Assembly (NCBI GenBank): GCA_045863855.1
Contig: BTVV01000006.1
Location: 9,216-73,215 of the forward strand
DNA: 64,000 bases
Direction of reading: 5' to 3'
Origin: Planctomycetota bacterium
GTDB lineage: Bacteria > Planctomycetota > SZUA-567 > H5-PLA8
Numbering within the stretch: position 1 is the stretch's first letter; each line of letters starts with the position of its first letter. The notes under the pieces are model-generated. The model made no database searches. It had not been told where the DNA came from and saw only the letters and a program-made list of their open reading frames with translations. Below are positions 56,710-64,000 of the stretch, piece after piece. The position numbers and the translations under genes are program-made.

Positions 56710-58023
56710 ATGGACAGCTTTAAGTACAAGGATGGAACGCTTTACGCCGAGGACGTTCCCGCGCGCAAGATCGCCGAGGAAGTCGGCACGCCCGCGTATG
56801 TCTACTCCCGCGAGACGCTGCTCGACCATTACACCAAGATCGACAAGGCCTTCGCTGAAGTCCCGCACCTGATCTGCTATTCGGTCAAAGCCAACAGCAG
56901 CTTGGGCGTGCTCGCCATTCTCGAACACGCCGGCACGGGCTTCGACGTCGTCAGCGGCGGCGAACTGGCCCGCGTGCAGAAGATCGGCGCGGACATGAAG
57001 AAGGTCGTCTTCGCGGGCGTGGGCAAAGGCGATGCCGAACTCGTTCAGGCGCTGCGCGCCGGAATCCTTATGTTCAACGTCGAGTCCGAAGCCGAACTGG
57101 AGAACATCGACCGTCTCGCCGGGCAGCTCAAGGCCGAAGGTGACATGAAAGAGCCCGCTCGTGTGGCGCTGCGGGTGAACCCCGACGTGGACCCCAAGAC
57201 GCACGCGTATATCACCACGGGCAAAAAGGAGAATAAGTTCGGCGTCGACCTCGAACGCGCCAGCGGCATCATCGCCGCCGCCAAGAAGCATGCGCACGTC
57301 CGCGTCACCGGGATACACGCGCATATCGGCAGCCAGATCACCGATGTGACGCCATATCAGGAATCGCTGACGAAGGTGGTGAGTTTCATCAAGGCGCACC
57401 GCGGCAAGGACGTTCCGATCCAGTACCTCAACAGCGGCGGCGGCTTCGGCATTTATTACGCCGACCGCAAGGCGCAGCCGGCGGCGAAGTTTGCCGAAGT
57501 GATCGTGCCGATGGTGAAGGACAGCGGCTGTACCCTGGTGCTCGAACCCGGCCGCTTCATCTGCGGCAACGCCGGCATTCTGCTGACACGCGTGACTTAC
57601 GTGAAGGAGAGCGGCAACAAGCGTTTTCTGATCGTCGATGCGGGGATGAACGATCTTGCGCGCCCGACGCTGTACGGCGCGTTCCACGAGATCTGGCCCG
57701 TCGAGGCCGCGGAACTGCCGCCTACGCGCGGAGGCAAGCCCGCCGAGGGTGAGGCGTACGCCGTCAGCGACGTGGTGGGGCCCATCTGCGAGAGCGGCGA
57801 CTTCCTGGCCAAGGACCGCGCGCTGCCCAAGGGCTTGGCGCGCGGCGATCTGCTGGCCGTATACAGCGCCGGAGCCTACGGCTTCGTCATGGCGGGCAAC
57901 TACAACACGCGCCCCTTCGTGCCGGAAGTGATCGTGAAAGGCGGAGCCCATTACGTCGTCAACCGCCGCCAGACGGTCGAAGAACTGCTCGCGCGCGAAA
58001 GCGTGCCGCAGGATCTGCTCTAA
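56710..58023 (+). CDS. lysA: Diaminopimelate decarboxylase
   Basis: LYAEDVPARKIAEEVGTPAYVYS...ICYSVKANSSLGVL...GGGFGI... are typical LysA motifs. The start is ATG 56710. Confidence 0.9.
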   Translation: MDSFKYKDGTLYAEDVPARKIAEEVGTPAYVYSRETLLDHYTKIDKAFAEVPHLICYSVKANSSLGVLAILEHAGTGFDVVSGGELARVQKIGADMKKVVFAGVGKGDAELVQALRAGILMFNVESEAELENIDRLAGQLKAEGDMKEPARVALRVNPDVDPKTHAYITTGKKENKFGVDLERASGIIAAAKKHAHVRVTGIHAHIGSQITDVTPYQESLTKVVSFIKAHRGKDVPIQYLNSGGGFGIYYADRKAQPAAKFAEVIVPMVKDSGCTLVLEPGRFICGNAGILLTRVTYVKESGNKRFLIVDAGMNDLARPTLYGAFHEIWPVEAAELPPTRGGKPAEGEAYAVSDVVGPICESGDFLAKDRALPKGLARGDLLAVYSAGAYGFVMAGNYNTRPFVPEVIVKGGAHYVVNRRQTVEELLARESVPQDLL

Positions 58024-58032
58024 GCGCGGCTC

Positions 58033-58785
58033 GTGATCCAGTCCACGAATACCGCTTCGCGTCTCTGCGCTGCCGTCATCGTCGCGGCGGGTTCCAGTTC
58101 GCGCATGGGCGGGAAAGTCCGCAAACCGTATCTGAAGCTGCGCGGTAAACCGATCCTCGCCTGGACCGCCTTGGCGCTCGCGCGGGTGCCGGGGCTTGAG
58201 CAACTCGTGGTTGTCACGCGTCCTGAGGACCGCCGCCGCGCGCGGTCGGCCGTGAAACTCGCCAAGTTGCCCAAGCGCATCGAAGTGGTCTTTGCCGACG
58301 GCGGCGCGCGCCGCCAAGACAGTGTGCGCAACGGTTTGCGCGCGACGGCGCCGGGCGCCGAACTGGTCTTGATCCATGATGCCGCGCGACCATTCCCGCC
58401 GCCGGAGGCGATTCGCCAGGCACTCGACGCCGCGGCGCGTTTGGGCGCGGCGATCCTGGCCATGCCCGTGCGCGATACGCTGAAGAAGGAAACGGCGCGG
58501 CATTCGAACCCGGACGCGCCTCCGGTCTCGTCCGAGACCGTACCGCGCGCGGGACTCTGGCAGGCCCAGACTCCGCAGATTTTCCGGCGTGCACTCATCC
58601 TTGAACTGGCCGATCGGCTTCAGAAGCAGGCGCCTAACGTGGAAGTCACCGACGACGCCGCCGTATGCGAACGCTTCCGCCAGCCCGTCGCGCTGATCGA
58701 GTCCAGCAGCACCAACCTCAAGATCACGCGCCCCGAAGATGTCGCCATCGCCGAAGCGTTTTTGAAACTCGGGCTCGTTCGCTAA
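58033..58785 (+). CDS. ispD: 2-C-methyl-D-erythritol 4-phosphate cytidylyltransferase
   Basis: AAVIVAAGSSSRMGG...KPYL...IHDAARPF... It has a GTG start at 58033. Confidence 0.85.
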   Translation: MIQSTNTASRLCAAVIVAAGSSSRMGGKVRKPYLKLRGKPILAWTALALARVPGLEQLVVVTRPEDRRRARSAVKLAKLPKRIEVVFADGGARRQDSVRNGLRATAPGAELVLIHDAARPFPPPEAIRQALDAAARLGAAILAMPVRDTLKKETARHSNPDAPPVSSETVPRAGLWQAQTPQIFRRALILELADRLQKQAPNVEVTDDAAVCERFRQPVALIESSSTNLKITRPEDVAIAEAFLKLGLVR

Positions 58786-58932
58786 GTTGCCGCTTCCCGC
58801 CGGATCGTTTGCACCAAACGGAAGCCCGGCGCTCGCCGCGCACTCGATGACTCGCCGCACAAAATAAAGCTCCCCATCCCGGGCCACGGGATGGGGAGAG
58901 GTAAGGCGTGGTGCGGACGGGCTCGGTTTCGC

Positions 58933-60534
58933 TTAGCGCAAACCGGCCAGTTCCTGCAGCATGTGCCAGTTCTTCAGGCGGTCGGCCTGAGACGCGAGCA
59001 GCGTTTCGGAAGGATTGCCTTCCTTGTCGAAGTGCTTGGCAAAGCGGCCTTCGGTGCGCGCAAAGTAGGTGAAGTCGACGGGTTCCTTGGTCTTGGGATT
59101 CAGGTACCAGTCGTCCTTCATCGCCGGATTTCCGGCCAGCGAGAGGCGCTCCTTCATGCGCTCGCCCTTGCGCGGATCGTACATGATCAGCGGGAAGGCG
59201 CGGGATTCGACGGCCAACTTGGCCTGATGGCCGGCCATGTTGTCCGCGACGCCGTGTTCGGGCTGGCAGGTCGTGTAGACGTTGATCACCGCCGGGCCGT
59301 CGAACTCGTTGGCCGCCATCACCGCTTTGTAGAAGTGGTTGATGTGCGCGCAGGTGGTCTGAGCGACCAGGGTTTCGGGGTGCATCATGCAGATGGTGGC
59401 AAGTTCCTTGCGGCGTTCGGTCTTGCCGCCCTGCGCCTTGCCGTGCGCCGACATCTTGGTTTCCTGGCCGGTGTAGGTGCTGGTCGACGCCTGGCCGCCG
59501 GTGTTGCTGTAGACCTGCGTGTCGAGCACCAGGACCTTGATGTCCATGCCGCTGGCGAGCATGCGGGAGAGCGACTGGAAGCCGATGTCGTTCATCGCAC
59601 CGTCGCCGCCGATGACCCAGAGGCGCTTGTTCTTCCAGCCCTTTTGGTTCCAGCGCGCGCGGACGCCCATGGCGTCGGCGGGGCCGTTCTCGAAGAGGCT
59701 GTTGGTCCACGGCACCAAGTAGGGGTTATACGGATAGGTGCTCGTGTACACCGTGTTGCAACCCGTGGAAGCGACGAGGCCGATGTTCTCCTTGCCGGCC
59801 TGGAATGCGGTGGCAGCCAGCATCATGCGCAACGCCGTTGCTTCGCCGCAGCCGGCGCAGGAACCGGCGCCGCCGACGTACAGTAGCGCTTTCTCGACGA
59901 GCATCAGGTCGCTGACGATGCGCTCGTTGACGTACTCCATCGGCGTATCCGGTAGCTTCTTGTAGACCTGCCAGTCCTTGCGGTAGGTCTCGAGGTTTTC
60001 GTCGGTCTTCTTGACCATCTTCAGCGCCGCGTGGCTGCCGCAGACTTCAACGCATTCGGCGCAGCCCTTGCACTTTGTCGGGTCGATGAAGATGCCGAAG
60101 AGCCCCGGCTCTTTCTTTTGCTTTTCGTACGTGACGTGGAACTTCTGCGTCTTGGTGAACTGCTTGGCCACGTGCGCGCGGTAATCGGGATCGGCGATCC
60201 CGTTCAATTCGGCCTCGAGCGCCGGGTTTTTGACCACCTTGCCGAGGATGGCCGTGTCCGGGCACTCGACGACGCATTCCATGCAAGCCACGCAGTTTTC
60301 CGGGATGAATTCCGGAATCTCGGGGGCGATGTAGGAGAAGTCGCGCATCACGCCGGTGCCGGCGGGAATCAAGCTGCGCGAGAGATCGCGATCGGCTTCG
60401 AGTTCCAACTCGGCAACGCCGCGCTCGTACGCGGTAATGACGCGCTCGTTAAAGTCGGCTACATCGAGCACGGACTCATCAAGGTGATGCGGGGCTTCCT
60501 TGACGGCCTGAATGGGTTTCGCGGAGTCGATCAT
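58933..60534 (-). CDS. Pyruvate:ferredoxin (flavodoxin) oxidoreductase family, C-terminal module (2x[4Fe-4S] ferredoxin domain plus TPP-binding domain)
   Basis: CVACMECVVECP and CKGCAECVEVC ferredoxin motifs, and a TPP motif GGDGAMNDIG. The ATG is preceded by GGAAAAGGA. Confidence 0.85.
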   Translation of the reverse strand: MIDSAKPIQAVKEAPHHLDESVLDVADFNERVITAYERGVAELELEADRDLSRSLIPAGTGVMRDFSYIAPEIPEFIPENCVACMECVVECPDTAILGKVVKNPALEAELNGIADPDYRAHVAKQFTKTQKFHVTYEKQKKEPGLFGIFIDPTKCKGCAECVEVCGSHAALKMVKKTDENLETYRKDWQVYKKLPDTPMEYVNERIVSDLMLVEKALLYVGGAGSCAGCGEATALRMMLAATAFQAGKENIGLVASTGCNTVYTSTYPYNPYLVPWTNSLFENGPADAMGVRARWNQKGWKNKRLWVIGGDGAMNDIGFQSLSRMLASGMDIKVLVLDTQVYSNTGGQASTSTYTGQETKMSAHGKAQGGKTERRKELATICMMHPETLVAQTTCAHINHFYKAVMAANEFDGPAVINVYTTCQPEHGVADNMAGHQAKLAVESRAFPLIMYDPRKGERMKERLSLAGNPAMKDDWYLNPKTKEPVDFTYFARTEGRFAKHFDKEGNPSETLLASQADRLKNWHMLQELAGLR

Positions 60535-60593
60535 GGGTGCATCCTTTTCCTATGGCCTAGTGTGACGATTCGATCGCGTAAGCCGTTCTACGC

Positions 60594-62573
60594 TCAGTTC
60601 CCGCCCGCGGATGCGGCCTGCACGGTATTTTCTCCGATCACAGCGCGGGGGATTTCGAGGAACTCTTTGAACCCGCGCGTGATCGCCGCCATGTTTTCGG
60701 CCACGACCTTGTCGCCGCGCTTGCCCCAGTATTTGCGCACGACCTTCTCGATGCCGGCGAAGACCTGCTCGTCGGTCAGGGCCAAGCGCTTCTGGAAAGG
60801 CGTGATCTTCATAAACGTGCCGACCAGCACCACGCCTTGCATGCGCATCAGCAGATCGGGGATCGAGCAAACTTCGCGCGCGACCTTGACCATGTCCATG
60901 TAGTACACGCGCACACGCTTCTCGCGGATGATCTCTTTCGCGTACGCCGGGATGCCCGCCCAGACCAATTCAGGCGTCTCCTTGTCCGACTGCATGAAGA
61001 CCGCGCCATGGTCGGCGATACCCATCAGCGGATTTCCGCTGACGAAGGCGTTGATGTCGTTGACAACCACCAGCTCGATGTTTTCCAGTTCGCAGTGCGT
61101 GCGGACGTGGTCTTTGGCAATGGTGAGGTAATAGGTGGTCGGGAGCCCCTTCTTTTCGCTGCCGTATTTCGGATAAGCCTGCACGTCCATGCCGAAGGTC
61201 TCTCCGGCGATGGTCGCGATGACCTTGTTCGTCGTCACAGAGCCGAAACCGCCGACCGAATGCCCGCGCATCGAGAATGCGCCTTCCGGCCGGACGTCCG
61301 GATCGTCGCTGATATCCAGCGCCAGCGGATGCTTGATGCCCAGCACGTAGTAGTGCTTCGGCTTCGGAGCCATCATGTTCTGCACGGCGGCCCAGAAGTG
61401 GCCGGGGCGGCAGTCGCGGCTGCCCAAACCCGCCGAGACGCTGAAGATCGGCGGAATGCGCTCGACCTTCGGCATGTGGTTCAATCCCGCGACCGCGTCG
61501 CAAAAGGCGGCCTTGAGGTCGCGCGTGAGCGGGTTGCTGGGCGCAAGCGGATCGTCCATGCGCTCCAGCACCGTGACGCCCTTCATGTTTTTGAGCGCCG
61601 CGAGGAGCTGCTTGTCGGGGAAGGGGCGGTAGCTGGTGACGTGCACCACGCCAACCTTGACCTTCTTCTCTTCGCGGATCCAGTCCACCGTGGCCATGGC
61701 CGTTTCGGCCAGACCGCCCATCGCGACGAGCGCGTATTCGGCGTCGTCCATCTTGTAGCACTCGATGAAGTCGTAGCGCCGGCCGGTAAGGCGGTAGAAC
61801 TCTTCGAACGCTTCGCTCAGGGCATTGGGCACGCGCGCGTAGAAGTAGCGCTGCGCGATCTTGCCCTTCATGTAGCTGTCCTGGTTCTGCACCACGCCGG
61901 ACATCACGGGGCTGTCGGGGTCCATCAGGTTGCGCAGCTTCTTGTTCGGATCGCCGACGTACTCCTTCATGAAGTCCTTCTCGGGCAGGCGCACGTTTTC
62001 GACGGTGTGCGTCGTGAGAAAGCCGTCCTGCACGTTCAAGAAGGGCGTCTCGCTGGCCTCGGCGGCACGGCGGGTGATCAGCGCGAGGTCGCCGGATTCC
62101 TGGGCGTTCTTGGCGAAGACGATGCCCCAGCCCGTGTCGGCGACGCCCATCACGTCGTCGTGGCCGGCATGCACGTTCAAGCCCTGGCTGGTCAGCGCGC
62201 GGGCGCCGATGTGGAAGACGATCGGCAGGCGCTTGCCGCTGATCGTGTACAGCACTTCCTTCATCAGGATCAGGCCTTGGCCCGAGGTGAAGTTCGTCAC
62301 CCGGCCGCCGGCTACCGCGAAGCCTTCGCAGGACGAGGCGCTGGAGTGTTCGCTTTCCGGTTCGATGAAGGCGAGCGTTTCGCCCCACAGATTCTTGAGC
62401 CCGTTCGCCACGGCTAACTGAAAGCCGCCGCCCATCGTCGTCGAACTGGTGATCGGATACGCGCATGCGCCTTGGCAGACGTGCGTCTCGACCCATACGA
62501 CCGTCGCCGCACCGTCGCCCGTCGTCGGAATACCCGGATACGGGAATTCGGACTTGTTGGGTTCGTTCGACAT
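60594..62573 (-). CDS. Pyruvate:ferredoxin (flavodoxin) oxidoreductase family, N-terminal module (domains I-III)
   Basis: N-terminus ...TTGDGAATVVWVETHVCQGACAYPITSSTTMG... is a typical PFOR start. It ends 59 bp before the C-terminal-module gene. Confidence 0.85.
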   Translation of the reverse strand: MSNEPNKSEFPYPGIPTTGDGAATVVWVETHVCQGACAYPITSSTTMGGGFQLAVANGLKNLWGETLAFIEPESEHSSASSCEGFAVAGGRVTNFTSGQGLILMKEVLYTISGKRLPIVFHIGARALTSQGLNVHAGHDDVMGVADTGWGIVFAKNAQESGDLALITRRAAEASETPFLNVQDGFLTTHTVENVRLPEKDFMKEYVGDPNKKLRNLMDPDSPVMSGVVQNQDSYMKGKIAQRYFYARVPNALSEAFEEFYRLTGRRYDFIECYKMDDAEYALVAMGGLAETAMATVDWIREEKKVKVGVVHVTSYRPFPDKQLLAALKNMKGVTVLERMDDPLAPSNPLTRDLKAAFCDAVAGLNHMPKVERIPPIFSVSAGLGSRDCRPGHFWAAVQNMMAPKPKHYYVLGIKHPLALDISDDPDVRPEGAFSMRGHSVGGFGSVTTNKVIATIAGETFGMDVQAYPKYGSEKKGLPTTYYLTIAKDHVRTHCELENIELVVVNDINAFVSGNPLMGIADHGAVFMQSDKETPELVWAGIPAYAKEIIREKRVRVYYMDMVKVAREVCSIPDLLMRMQGVVLVGTFMKITPFQKRLALTDEQVFAGIEKVVRKYWGKRGDKVVAENMAAITRGFKEFLEIPRAVIGENTVQAASAGGN

Positions 62574-62644
62574 GCTGATTCCCCTTAAGTGTCTCGATGG
62601 CGTTCCAGTGGCGCGCGTGGCTCACACGCCGCTACTATCCTGAC

Positions 62645-62661
62645 TTAGGTCACTTTAGGTC
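62645..62661. promoter_or_regulatory. Direct repeat TTAGGTC x2 with 10-bp periodicity in the divergent PFOR/LysR intergenic region
   Basis: ttaggtcactttaggtc is directly visible at 62645-62661, ~70-90 bp upstream of the PFOR start. It is a candidate regulator site. Confidence 0.25.
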
Positions 62662-62779
62662 TGGAGGCTTGTGCGCCGACCTAACTCTATGCCTGTTTAA
62701 AGGGTACCTTGTTTAGAAGGGGCGTACACTATATGGTTTGAATTGCTGCCATATTTTTTGCTTATGGGAGATTAACTCC

Positions 62780-63652
62780 ATGGACCTCAACCAGTTACGC
62801 TACTTCATCGAAGTGGCCAAAATCCGAAATTTCACCCGAGCCGCAAAGAATTGCCACGTGGCCCAACCGGCGCTCAGCCAGCAAATCCGTAAGCTGGAAG
62901 CTCAACTGAACTTAAAGCTTCTCAAACGGTTGCCTCGCGGTGCGGAATTGACGCGCGAAGGCGAGGTCTTTCTGCCTTACGCCGAACAGGTGCTCAGTGC
63001 GCTGAACGAGGCGCAAGGCGTTGCCGAAGAACTCCGCGGAGCCAGCCGCGGCGTCGTGCGCATCGTCACGCTGCCCAGCGCGTGCGTTTACGTGCTTCCG
63101 CCTAAAATCGCCGCGTTCAAACGCGACCACCCGCGCGTGGACATCGTACTCGAAGAGACGGTGAGCGCGAATATCCCCAACCTGGTTTTGAGCGGCGGCT
63201 TCGATCTGGGCGTCACCCAAGCGCTCGCACCGATTCCGCGCATGCGCCGCGCGCTGATTCAGCGCGAGGATCTCCTGCTAGCCGTAGGCGAGAACCACCC
63301 GCTCGCCGCGCGCCAGGAACTGAAACTCGCCGAGGCTTCCGGCGAGACGTTCGTCGTGACCAAAAAGGACACCGAGTTCCGGCACTTGGCCGAAGACTTG
63401 TGCCGCCGCGCAGGATTTGAAATGGGCACCGCGTTCGAGGCCGACCACTTCGATTCGATCCAGGCGTACTGCGCCGTGGGCATCGGCGTGGGGTTGATTC
63501 CGCGTTCGGTGATCCTGACGACGCTGGAGCCCGCGCCGCACTACTTGCGCATTACGCATCCGAAGGCGCAGCGGCATCTGTGGCTGGTCTGGCCGGAAGC
63601 GGGTCTGCAGAACAAGGCCGCCCAAGCGATCATGCCGTATTTGACGCAATAG
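62780..63652 (+). CDS. LysR-family transcriptional regulator
   Basis: MDLNQLRYFIEVAKIRNFTRAAKNCHVAQPALSQQIRKLEAQL. It is divergent from the PFOR genes. Confidence 0.85.
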   Translation: MDLNQLRYFIEVAKIRNFTRAAKNCHVAQPALSQQIRKLEAQLNLKLLKRLPRGAELTREGEVFLPYAEQVLSALNEAQGVAEELRGASRGVVRIVTLPSACVYVLPPKIAAFKRDHPRVDIVLEETVSANIPNLVLSGGFDLGVTQALAPIPRMRRALIQREDLLLAVGENHPLAARQELKLAEASGETFVVTKKDTEFRHLAEDLCRRAGFEMGTAFEADHFDSIQAYCAVGIGVGLIPRSVILTTLEPAPHYLRITHPKAQRHLWLVWPEAGLQNKAAQAIMPYLTQ

Positions 63653-63664
63653 GGTAGGCCGCGC

Positions 63665-64000
63665 TTACTTAAAAAGCTGCACGCCTTCGGTGGTGGTGAC
63701 CACCAGCCGTCCGGGCAGGATGGCGATGCCGCCGCGGACAATCTCGCCTTGCTGCACAAGGCTGAACGCGTCTTCGGCAAGCGTCTCGCCGGCGCGATCC
63801 AGGGCCGGATCGAACTTGAAGCGCGTCACCCCGGCGTGGGCTCCGGCGTAAAGATAACCGCGTCCGTCGAGCGCCATAGCCGTCACGGCGCTGGTTCCGC
63901 GCAGCGAGGCGGCGGCGCCCTTGGGCAGGCTGAGCCGGTTACCGAGCGCAAGCACGCCATTCCCCAGCGGCCACGTGGAAACCGAACCGCCGCCGGAGGC
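63665..64000 (-). CDS. Hypothetical protein, partial (N-terminus beyond window edge)
   Basis: The ORF is open to the window end and its composition is protein-like. Confidence 0.3.
   Translation of the reverse strand, partial: ASGGGSVSTWPLGNGVLALGNRLSLPKGAAASLRGTSAVTAMALDGRGYLYAGAHAGVTRFKFDPALDRAGETLAEDAFSLVQQGEIVRGGIAILPGRLVVTTTEGVQLFK

Noticed and set aside
58933-62573. Interpreting the two PFOR ORFs as a frameshifted pseudogene
   Set aside because: A 59-bp spacer with a strong SD (GGAAAAGGA) immediately precedes the second ORF ATG, and both halves are full-length domains. A genuine two-gene arrangement is more parsimonious. It is flagged as a finding for verification rather than called a pseudogene.
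1-64000. Screen for tRNA/rRNA genes, CRISPR arrays, IS elements, integrases and phage structural genes
   Set aside because: I found no T-loop/acceptor-stem-like pattern in the intergenic spacers. There are no transposase or integrase motifs (DDE, tyrosine recombinase R..H..R..Y) among the ORFs, and no spaced repeat array. None can be supported from the sequence.

Overview
This is a 64 kb window of high-GC (~65-68%) bacterial DNA with about 50 tightly packed genes, most on the minus strand. Gene content is consistent with the PVC superphylum (Planctomycetota/Verrucomicrobiota-like), but this is a weak inference from a fused 1133-aa SecDF, BatA_N/vWA proteins, many secreted Kelch beta-propellers and PhyH/FAD-oxidoreductase/BNR paralogs. 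The ORF track accepts ATG, GTG and TTG starts and reports the longest frame, so many listed ORFs are N-terminally over-extended or are antisense artefacts. I re-derived starts from conserved N-termini, signal peptides, SD sequences and stop/start overlaps.

Recognisable core genes are the tgt-yajC-secDF operon, argG, lysA, ispD, cysteine synthase, a two-ORF pyruvate:ferredoxin oxidoreductase with a divergent LysR regulator, a hopanoid radical-SAM gene (hpnH), an ArsR-SRPBCC-DinB-SRPBCC stress cluster, and a macro-domain protein divergent from a NYN/OST-HTH protein.

Accessory content worth a second look:
(i) A six-gene minus-strand operon: a GntR/LacI-hybrid regulator, three tandem paralogous secreted Kelch-type beta-propellers, an ABC ATPase and an atypical ~580-aa permease joined by a TTGA start/stop overlap.
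(ii) A BatA_N+vWA protein followed by a 1534-aa membrane-anchored coiled-coil giant whose centre contains nine perfect 18-bp tandem repeats encoding (QPQPGQ)9.
(iii) An AraC-headed putative sugar-acid/glycan catabolic island (PhyH x2, FAD oxidoreductase, BNR sialidase-like, RraA-like, aldo-keto reductase).
(iv) An AT-rich ~0.7 kb island carrying a 68-aa gene with a perfect SD and an intrinsic terminator.
(v) Several unannotatable proteins (317-aa W/R-rich, 964-aa and 1114-aa secreted).

I could not support any rRNA, tRNA, CRISPR array or transposase from the sequence.
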